Assembly: GCA_027347685.1 (NCBI GenBank)
Contig: DAIEQM010000044.1
Coordinates: 1-61,104, forward strand
Direction of reading: 5' to 3'
Length of the DNA: 61,104 nt
From: Candidatus Woesebacteria bacterium
Lineage (GTDB): Bacteria; Patescibacteriota; Microgenomatia; UBA8517
In this document: piece after piece, positions 17,038 to 23,476 of the stretch
Layout: every line of letters starts with the position of its first letter
Position numbering within the stretch: the first letter of the stretch is position 1
Made by a program: the position numbers and the translations under genes
The notes under the pieces: generated by a model
What the model was told of the DNA's origin: nothing
Databases searched by the model: none
What the model saw: only the letters and a program-made list of their open reading frames with translations

Positions 17038-19896
17038 ATGGAGAAAAAACTCAATACGTCACAGCTTGAAGCGGTTACTCATGGAGAAGGACCGCTTCTT
17101 ATTATTGCTGGTGCTGGAACGGGAAAAACAACCGTAATTACCGAGCGTGTTAAACACCTTATTTCTGAAGGTTTGGCCACGCCGTCTGAAATATTGGCTC
17201 TCACATTTACTGAAAAAGCAGCCAACGAAATGGAAGGAAGAATCGATGAAGCACTCCCCTTGGGATACGCACAAATGTGGGTAATGACCTTTCACAGTTT
17301 TTGTGACCGAATTTTGAGACAAGATGGGTTTCATATTGGGCTCGATACCAAGTTTCGCTTAATGACTACTGCAGATTCTCTTGATCTTCTAAAGAGAAAT
17401 TTATATTTGCTTGGACTTGATTATTTTGCCCCTCTGGGGAACCCTACCAAGTTTTTGAGCGGACTGTTGTCTCACTTCTCTCGACTCCAAGATGAAAACG
17501 TCACTCCTGATGAGTACCTCGATTGGGCTCAGAAATATGAACAAGAAAATGGTAATAAATCAGAGGAAGAAAAGCTCGAATCGTTGAAGTGGAAAGAGCT
17601 TTCTGAAGTCTACAAAAAATACGAAGAATTAAAAATCAAAAATTCGCTCTTTGATTTTGGTGATCTAATTACCAAAACAATATTGTTATTTGAGAAACGG
17701 TCCAATGTGCTTTTGGAATACCAAAAAAAGTTTAAATATATATTGGTTGATGAGTTTCAGGACACCAACTATGCTCAAAATAAATTGGTAACGCTGCTTA
17801 CCGGGAGAGATGGAAACATTACGGTTGTAGGAGATGATGATCAGAGCATTTATCGCTTCCGGGGCGCTGCAGTCTCCAATATGCTTCAATTTCGTGAACA
17901 TTTCCCAAGCACCAAAATTGTAACTTTGACTGACAATTATCGTTCAAAACAAACTATTTTGACCGCCGCTCATACCCTTATTTCACATAACAATCCAGAT
18001 CGATTGGAGGTAATAGAGAAAATTGATAAAAAGCTTGTTTCACATGTTGAGGGACTGGGGAAGATTGAACTTACAAATCCTCAAGAGAGTAGAGACGAGG
18101 CAGACTTTGTTTCAAAGAAAATACTTGAACTTAAAGACACATACGACTTTTCTGATTTTGCCGTCCTGGTGCGCGCAAATAATCACGCTGAAAGTTTTGT
18201 AAGAAGCTTTGAACAAACCGGTATCCCGTATCAGTTTTTAGGCCCCGGTAAATTATTTTCTGAGCTTGAAATTGTGGATCTGTTTTCATATCTGCGCGTT
18301 GTCGCTGATATTCACAACGATGCAGCGCTCTACCGGGTTCTCTCGTCTGAAGTTTTTGCAATAGACCCGCTTTCCCTTGCTAAAATGTCATCTAAAGCAC
18401 GCCATGAGCAATTATTCCTCTTTGACTCACTGGAGATTGACTCAACGGCTGAGAGCCCTGACTCTGAAAAAATTCTATCACTCCTCACCCTCATCACCGA
18501 TCATGTAAAACGATCTCGTGACGAGTCCATTATTTCACTTCTTCTCGAATATCTTGAAAAAAGTGGTCTGCGAGAGAATCTTATTAAGGAAGACTCTATG
18601 GAGTCATTGAAGAAAATTCAAAACATTGAAAAGTTCCTCGGAAAAATTAAATCGTTTGAAATCAATAACGCAAAAGCGTCATTCTCTGAGATTGTTGACT
18701 GGATCGATCTTCAAACTGAAATCAATGAGTCTCCTTCAGCCGCCGAAGTTGAAATAGGCGAGGAGGATAAGGTAAATATCCTCACAGTTCACTCTTCAAA
18801 AGGGCTTGAGTTTCCCGTAGTGTTTCTCGTAAACCTTGTGTCACAGCGCTTTCCCTCAATGGAGCGACGTGAGCAAATTCCTATTCCTGACGCTCTGATT
18901 CGTGAAGTATTGCCTTCGGGAGATTTTCATTTACAAGAGGAGCGCAGGCTTTTTTATGTAGGACTAACACGAGCAAAGAACGAAGTGTATTTAACTGGCG
19001 CAAAATTTTATGGCGATGGAAAAAGAGAGAAGAAATTGTCGCCTTTTGTAGTCGAAACATTGGGTGAGCTGCGACCCAATGAATTCAGCTCAAAAATACT
19101 TGAAAAAATAGAAGTTGTAAAGCAACATTCCCTGCCACAAAAATTCGCGTTAAAAAGTATTAGTTATTCGCAAATAGAAAAGTTCAAAGTGTGCCCTCTG
19201 CACTATAAACTAAATTATATTTTGAAGCTTCCCACTCCACCCTCAGCTGCACAAAGTTTTGGAGTGAGCTTCCATGCAACCTTAAAAGATTTTTATGACC
19301 ATGTTGCTTTGGGAAGTGAACCCACAAAGGCACTTCTCAACGACTTACTTAGCAAGAATTGGATCCGTGAAGGATATAGTTCAAAAGAACACCTAGACAA
19401 AACCTATCAAAAAGCGAGTAGCTTCTTGGAATACTACTTTGATACCTGGTTTGATAGTAAGACAAAACCGATTGCACTTGAGCAACCTTTCTCCTTTAGA
19501 ATTGAAGACCTTTCGGTAAAGGGAAAGATTGACCGTATCGATGAAACTCCAACCGGCATTCATATTATTGACTATAAAACCGGGAGCAATGCAATGACGC
19601 AAAAGGAAGCCGACTCGGCACTTCAGCTTTCTATCTATGCGCTCGCTGCGACTAAAATTCCTGAGGCTCCTTTTCATCGAAAGCCCACCGACATAACGCT
19701 CTCTTTGATGTATTTTGATACGAAAGAAATAGTAACAACACACCGAACTGCTACTCAGCTTAAAGAGGCTGAAGAAGAAATTTTGGATTGGGCGTTGAAG
19801 ATTTCTGAAAGCGACTTTAGTTGTAGTGGAAACTTTTTGTGTGGAAACTGCGAATATAAAAGTTATTGTGCCGCTTCTCTCAATTCTTCTGATTGA
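17038..19896 (+). CDS. UvrD/AddA-like SF1 helicase fused to a PD-(D/E)XK (Cas4/RecB-like) Fe-S nuclease
   Basis: Helicase motifs AGAGTGKT, LVDEFQDTN, VGDDDQSIYRFRGA, VHSSKGLEF and YVGLTRAK. C-terminal nuclease with GKIDRID...IIDYKTG plus Cys ligands (VCPLHY ... CSGNFLCGNCEYKSYC, a CX2CX5C pattern). Confidence 0.85.
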   Translation: MEKKLNTSQLEAVTHGEGPLLIIAGAGTGKTTVITERVKHLISEGLATPSEILALTFTEKAANEMEGRIDEALPLGYAQMWVMTFHSFCDRILRQDGFHIGLDTKFRLMTTADSLDLLKRNLYLLGLDYFAPLGNPTKFLSGLLSHFSRLQDENVTPDEYLDWAQKYEQENGNKSEEEKLESLKWKELSEVYKKYEELKIKNSLFDFGDLITKTILLFEKRSNVLLEYQKKFKYILVDEFQDTNYAQNKLVTLLTGRDGNITVVGDDDQSIYRFRGAAVSNMLQFREHFPSTKIVTLTDNYRSKQTILTAAHTLISHNNPDRLEVIEKIDKKLVSHVEGLGKIELTNPQESRDEADFVSKKILELKDTYDFSDFAVLVRANNHAESFVRSFEQTGIPYQFLGPGKLFSELEIVDLFSYLRVVADIHNDAALYRVLSSEVFAIDPLSLAKMSSKARHEQLFLFDSLEIDSTAESPDSEKILSLLTLITDHVKRSRDESIISLLLEYLEKSGLRENLIKEDSMESLKKIQNIEKFLGKIKSFEINNAKASFSEIVDWIDLQTEINESPSAAEVEIGEEDKVNILTVHSSKGLEFPVVFLVNLVSQRFPSMERREQIPIPDALIREVLPSGDFHLQEERRLFYVGLTRAKNEVYLTGAKFYGDGKREKKLSPFVVETLGELRPNEFSSKILEKIEVVKQHSLPQKFALKSISYSQIEKFKVCPLHYKLNYILKLPTPPSAAQSFGVSFHATLKDFYDHVALGSEPTKALLNDLLSKNWIREGYSSKEHLDKTYQKASSFLEYYFDTWFDSKTKPIALEQPFSFRIEDLSVKGKIDRIDETPTGIHIIDYKTGSNAMTQKEADSALQLSIYALAATKIPEAPFHRKPTDITLSLMYFDTKEIVTTHRTATQLKEAEEEILDWALKISESDFSCSGNFLCGNCEYKSYCAASLNSSD

Positions 19897-20066
19897 AAAA
19901 TTCTCATTTTGTCTCACAATGAAAACGGAAGTTTAATCACCCAAAGGAGTTAGTTCTCATGATTTCATGGAAATTATGTGCGACCAAAGGAGCCTTCCGC
20001 ATTACATTCTCGCTATACTAGGAAGGGGGTGATCATTTATTCTATCGACTTTCCGTGAGGAGAGTC

Positions 20067-20096
20067 GGGCCGGGTTTAACTCACCCGGTTTTTTAT
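20067..20096 (+). terminator. Intrinsic terminator closing unit A
   Basis: CCGGGT-ttaactc-ACCCGG followed by TTTTTT. Confidence 0.55.
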
Positions 20097-20099
20097 TTA

Positions 20100-20128
20100 T
20101 TGACACAAAAGTGTGTACGAAGTATAAA
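20100..20128 (+). promoter_or_regulatory. Promoter P1: TTGACA-17 nt-TATAAA
   Basis: TTGACA at 20100-20105 and TATAAA at 20123-20128. Starts 4 nt after the preceding terminator. Confidence 0.5.
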
Positions 20129-20134
20129 AAAGTA

Positions 20135-20378
20135 CCGTACCACACGAAAGGAGCAAGAAGTGTATTCGATACTCCGTGGTCAGAGTGTGAAAGGGTGTAA
20201 GACGAACATTCGTCGTATGAAGCATCCTTTAGCTGTTTAATTTCATTTGCGCTGATAATCAAAAAATTAAATAGTTAAATTTTTGCGATGAAAGTCGCCC
20301 CAACTCACTCTGAAGGTGACTGTGAAGCCGTGAGCTTCCAAAAGCATTGGGCGAGGAAACACCTCGCCCTTTCATTTG
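20135..20378 (+). ncRNA. Unit B: roughly 245-nt promoter/terminator-delimited transcript (candidate sRNA or micro-ORF mRNA)
   Basis: Bounded by P1 and the hairpin GGGCGAGG-aaaca-CCTCGCCC plus TTTCATTT (20349-20378). Contains a GAAA-tetraloop hairpin GCGAT-GAAA-GTCGC and an SD-led 26-codon GTG ORF (20160..20240). Confidence 0.3.
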
Positions 20379-20415
20379 TCAAAAAATTGACAAACTATGA
20401 GTTGTTTGATATAGT
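20376..20415 (+). promoter_or_regulatory. Promoter P2: TTGACA-17 nt-TATAGT, with the -35 embedded in an 18-bp perfect palindrome
   Basis: TTGTCAA-AAAA-TTGACAA (20376-20393). -35 at 20387-20392 and -10 at 20410-20415. Confidence 0.5.
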
Positions 20416-20423
20416 ACCCACAT

Positions 20424-20469
20424 AGCTGTTGGTCTCAGGTGTTCCTGACGCCCACTGCTCGTTTTTTTT
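20424..20469 (+). terminator. Terminator/attenuator hairpin immediately downstream of P2
   Basis: AGCTGTTGG...(inner TCAGG-tgtt-CCTGA)...CCCACTGCT, followed by cg plus eight T (20462-20469). Begins about 2 nt after the predicted TSS. Confidence 0.5.
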
Positions 20470-20903
20470 CGCCAATTAACCGGTTTTTTTAGAAGGGACG
20501 GTCAATTTGAAAGATCACATTCCTATTTGGGGGCAAACCCTGCTTGAATCTTTTTATATTGCCAACTGTGCTGATCTGACCGCCGCCGTGCTGCCCGGGC
20601 GCCCTGTGTAGGGCCAACTCCCCGGCTTCGGCTGTAATTGACAAAGAACGTTTGGGCCGCTAAGTGGATTGCGGCCCTTACACTATCGATAAGTCTGATT
20701 AACAAGGGGGAACCCGATTTGATTTACCGGTATTCATAGCTATTTAACTTACGATTTTCGAGGGCTTTGTCCCAATTAACGCCTTGAGTGGCGCCTTAAT
20801 TGTTCGACCCCAGGTCGAACGTAGACAAATCTCGGGTATTTAAATTCTTGCAAAGTCGTGGCTTGACCACCGCTTTGAGCTGGAAGCCTCGGAAGAGTCG
20901 AAC

Positions 20904-20951
20904 AGGTCTGTTCATCCGTTTCCTGTATCAGGAACGAACAGACCTCTTTTT
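20904..20951 (+). terminator. Intrinsic terminator closing unit C
   Basis: AGGTCTGTTC...(inner TTCCTG-tat-CAGGAA)...GAACAGACCT followed by cTTTTT. Confidence 0.6.
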
Positions 20952-20962
20952 GTGCCTTATAG

Positions 20963-20991
20963 TTGACACATTATGGGTGGTATGCTATAGT
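20963..20991 (+). promoter_or_regulatory. Promoter P3: TTGACA-17 nt-TGcTATAGT
   Basis: -35 at 20963-20968 and extended -10 at 20983-20991. Starts 12 nt after the unit C terminator. Confidence 0.55.
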
Positions 20992-20997
20992 ATCTCC

Positions 20998-21311
20998 ACT
21001 TGACCGCAAAAGTGAACCGCGGCAGGTTTCTCTGGAGGGCTAATGCCCGACAAGAAAAAAGGACCTCATCGGGTCCCACATTAAGTAATCAGCCTCGGCT
21101 GATACATAAACCGAGTCGCGGATGCGACAAAAAATTTGTTATCCACCACAAAGTGGATGCATCGGAGGAAGGTCCTTAAATCAAGCTCTGGATAAGATCC
21201 GTTGACCTTAATCTTTGCCGAATGAGGTGAAGGTAAGTCAGTCAAGGCTCCATCTCAACGATTTTCCTTCCACCTGTACGTTCGAGCCGCTTCGATGAGC
21301 GGCTCTTTTTT
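20998..21311 (+). ncRNA. Unit D: roughly 315-nt structured transcript, unclassified
   Basis: Five consecutive short hairpins separated by A-rich linkers: GGGC-taat-GCCC 21037-21048; GGACC/GGTCC 21061-21076; ATCAGC-ctcg-GCTGAT 21088-21103; GTCGC-ggat-GCGAC 21115-21128; ATCCAC-cacaaa-GTGGAT 21141-21158. Possible long-range pairing of GGAGGAAGG (21164-21172) with CCTTCCACC (21266-21274). No ORF longer than 13 codons with a start signal. Confidence 0.35.
21284..21311 (+). terminator. Intrinsic terminator closing unit D
   Basis: GAGCCGCT-tcgatg-AGCGGCTC followed by TTTTTT. The U-tract is on the plus strand only. Confidence 0.6.
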
Positions 21312-21316
21312 GTGGC

Positions 21317-22126
21317 TTACAGAGGCAATCTCCACTTGGTGAAGCAGCCAGGATATTCAATAGCTACTCCCCCAAAGCTTTTCTTGAAGTGCGTAAACCC
21401 TTTCCATTTTTCATTTGGAAAACGCTCGTCATAAATTCCTTCAAAATCAAAGATCTTTGCTTTATTGCGTTGAGCCCACTGAATGCCACTCCAAAGGACT
21501 TTATACTGAATAAGGCTCTTCCGGGCAAAATCGTCAGTAAACCCTACCCAGTAATAACACGTGCTGTCTGCCACTAAAAACATGGCTCCTGAGGTATGAA
21601 ATTTATTCATAATAATCACCATATTTTTGCCAAATGCATCTTTGAACGCTTGTAGTTCGGAAAGAGGCAGTACATGCCGTTTATGTCCGACAGCTTCTTT
21701 CCATGCCTTTCTGAACGTTTCTATTTCTTGCGATTCATACACGACGAGTTTCTCTGACTTTCGAATTGAATAGCGCGCATCCTTTTTCATTTGTGACAAT
21801 ACTTTTTGGAGCGGCAGTGAAATATCGAGTTGCAAAGTTTTAGTGGGAAGGTATGGAGTGTTTGACAGTCTATATCCGGCTATGCCTAAAAGATTTCGAG
21901 CTTTTTTTGTTAACACTTCTGGCTCGATAATGATTTGAAAAACGCGAAATTTTTTACACAAAAAATCAATGTCTGAAAGCTGAAAATCTCTCGTTCGTTG
22001 GAGCTTAATAGCTGAACCTAAAATAGGAATTTTTTTTATGAAATATTGGCGATTTTTGTAATCGATCACTTCCCATCCGATTTTTCTCAAAAACGCTCCA
22101 TATTGACTCGTTTGCCGAAGATCCAT
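21317..22126 (-). CDS. FemAB-family peptidoglycan aminoacyltransferase (paralogue 2)
   Basis: FLVADSTCYYWVGFTDDFARKSLIQYKVLWSGIQWAQRNKAKIFDFEGIYD is a FemABX-like C-terminal core. Directly abuts the upstream paralogue. Confidence 0.7.
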   Translation of the reverse strand: MDLRQTSQYGAFLRKIGWEVIDYKNRQYFIKKIPILGSAIKLQRTRDFQLSDIDFLCKKFRVFQIIIEPEVLTKKARNLLGIAGYRLSNTPYLPTKTLQLDISLPLQKVLSQMKKDARYSIRKSEKLVVYESQEIETFRKAWKEAVGHKRHVLPLSELQAFKDAFGKNMVIIMNKFHTSGAMFLVADSTCYYWVGFTDDFARKSLIQYKVLWSGIQWAQRNKAKIFDFEGIYDERFPNEKWKGFTHFKKSFGGVAIEYPGCFTKWRLPL

Positions 22127-23065
22127 TTAAGAAAATTTTGCTTTAAATTTCAGTATTTTCCAACGCAGATATTCAGCTATTCGATACCCCCAGTATAACG
22201 GTGAACACACCAAGTCCCACGTGCCCAAAAACTCTACAATTTTTGGATTATACCCCTCTTTAAATTTGGTGAAGCCTTTCCCTTCTTCACGTCCCCATAA
22301 GTCAAAGGATTTGAGTTTGTGTCTTTTTCCAAATTTAATGGCTTCCCACATCATAAGGTTGGGAGCCATAACGTTCTTGTACTCATCGCTTGATGCACCG
22401 TAGGGGTAGTACAAAGTATCTTTCCAGATAAAAAGGATCCACGCAGCGAGTGTTTTTTTATCAAACGTAGCAGAAAGAATATGGGCAACCCCCGCTTTGT
22501 GCATCGTGCTCCACATAAGTTCGTGATACTTTTTTGTATGAACAAAAAAGCCTTGCCTTTTTGCCGTTTCCTCGGTGAGCCTCCAATACGTTTCAAACGC
22601 TTTATCTGAATTGTCTTCTTTTATGGTTACCCCTTTCTTCTCTGCGAGGCGGATATTATATCTGGTTTTCTGATTAAAGCTTTTAAGTAAGTCATCTTCC
22701 GACTTTGTGAGATCGATGGTAAATGTTGACGGAGTAAAAAGAGTTTTACCAGAAATTGCTCCATGTTCTTTTAAAAGCGAAATATCTGAATTGTTTTTTA
22801 ATACATTGGGCTCTAACTTTACAAACAAAATATTGTTTTTTGAAGCATAATCTCGAAGCTCCTCAATCATTTTCTTTGTAGGCTTGGGGCCTTTGTTGAA
22901 AATTGCAACTTTGAAGGGCAGAAAGTACAGCTTGTGCACCGTTATTTGACCAAAAGAAAATCGTACCACTTCATTACCCCATTTTTTGCGAAATTCCCCC
23001 CATGCCCATGATTGCAGTGGGTGCGTTGCAATCGTATCAATTGTTTTTTCTGAAATCTCCCGCAT
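22127..23065 (-). CDS. FemAB-family peptidoglycan aminoacyltransferase (paralogue 1)
   Basis: HPLQSWAWGEFRKKWG...YYPYGASSDEYKNVMAPNLMMWEAIKFGKRHKLKSFDLWG. Start set at ATG 23065 (MREISEK...) because TGtTAAAAT lies 7 nt upstream; the ORF-track start is 23116. Confidence 0.8.
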   Translation of the reverse strand: MREISEKTIDTIATHPLQSWAWGEFRKKWGNEVVRFSFGQITVHKLYFLPFKVAIFNKGPKPTKKMIEELRDYASKNNILFVKLEPNVLKNNSDISLLKEHGAISGKTLFTPSTFTIDLTKSEDDLLKSFNQKTRYNIRLAEKKGVTIKEDNSDKAFETYWRLTEETAKRQGFFVHTKKYHELMWSTMHKAGVAHILSATFDKKTLAAWILFIWKDTLYYPYGASSDEYKNVMAPNLMMWEAIKFGKRHKLKSFDLWGREEGKGFTKFKEGYNPKIVEFLGTWDLVCSPLYWGYRIAEYLRWKILKFKAKFS

Positions 23066-23072
23066 GTCTATT

Positions 23073-23081
23073 ATTTTAACA
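23073..23081 (-). promoter_or_regulatory. Extended -10 TGtTAAAAT, 7 nt upstream of ATG 23065 (leaderless-type)
   Basis: The minus strand reads TGtTAAAATaatagacATG. Confidence 0.45.
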
Positions 23082-23164
23082 TTGTTGGTAATTGAAACCC
23101 ATAGTTGATAAATCAACCCTTGTGGATTATTCTATACATGAGGTTCACCAAAAAGGAGCTCGGC

Positions 23165-23443
23165 ATGAAGACAGACAGTAATTTAGAGCTTTCACCCTTA
23201 ATGGTTAAAGCAAAGAGTCTTTTGAAGAAGCATCGAATCTTTCTCTCCCAACGAGCGGGTCTTTTGACACGAGATTCAGCATGGAACAGTGGACTTTCAG
23301 CAGAATGGCATGGAAAAAAGCGGTATGGAAATCGGGTAAGCCACCAGGTGTCTATTACCTTTACTCACCGCGAAGGAAGTGCCGCAGTCGAAGTTTTTGA
23401 CCTTCATGACGAAGTTACAATATTAGTGTGTCCGTGTCTTTAG
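23165..23443 (+). CDS. Hypothetical small basic protein
   Basis: SD AAAGGAG lies 7 nt upstream of ATG 23165. The ORF ends just before a hairpin shared with the convergent pcrA. No recognisable motif. Confidence 0.35.
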   Translation: MKTDSNLELSPLMVKAKSLLKKHRIFLSQRAGLLTRDSAWNSGLSAEWHGKKRYGNRVSHQVSITFTHREGSAAVEVFDLHDEVTILVCPCL

Positions 23444-23450
23444 TTTTTCT

Positions 23451-23476
23451 ACTCCCCGGCTCATATGTCGGGGAGT
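23451..23476. terminator. Bidirectional hairpin between convergent genes
   Basis: ACTCCCCG-gctcatatgt-CGGGGAGT. Confidence 0.5.

Larger units (their letters stand above)
20422..20951 (+). ncRNA. Unit C: either a roughly 48-nt hairpin RNA or, on read-through, a roughly 530-nt structured transcript
   Basis: No credible ORF. Locally GC-rich helices: C(G)GC-UUCG-GCUG tetraloop hairpin 20623-20634; GGGCCGC/GCGGCCC 20654-20677; CAATTAACGCC/GGCGccTTAATTG 20773-20802; GTTCGACC-cca-GGTCGAAC 20802-20820. Ends at the strong terminator 20904-20951. Confidence 0.3.

Noticed and set aside
19393-19917. 174-aa minus-strand ORF at the 3' end of the helicase-nuclease gene.
   Set aside because: It is antisense to the conserved PD-(D/E)XK nuclease domain and has no SD or promoter.
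20160-20240. The 26-aa basic peptide (..SVKGCKTNIRR..) is faintly reminiscent of ribosomal protein L36.
   Set aside because: It lacks the C-x2-C...C-x4-H zinc ligand set and the correct length. The resemblance is limited to a few basic residues.
20285-20298. GCGATGAAAGTCGC is identical to the apical part of the group II intron domain V consensus.
   Set aside because: The flanking sequences do not form the lower domain V helix (no GAGCCGUAU/ACGUACGGUUC). There is no intron-encoded protein or other intron domains. It is just a GAAA-tetraloop hairpin.
20802-20820. GTTCGACC-cca-GGTCGAAC looked like a tRNA or tmRNA T-arm or acceptor mimic.
   Set aside because: The loop is only 3 nt, with no TPsiC-loop sequence, no adjacent acceptor stem or CCA, and no GGGG...5' partner or tag-reading frame. 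It is not tmRNA or tRNA.
21164-21175. GGAGGAAGGTCC in unit D resembles the RNase P RNA P4 strand GAGGAAAGUCC.
   Set aside because: It sits mid-transcript rather than near the 5' end. It is not followed by GGGC, and there is no matching ACAGAAxCCGGCUUA strand or GGUAAGAGC-type modules. RNase P is unlikely, though cmscan should confirm.
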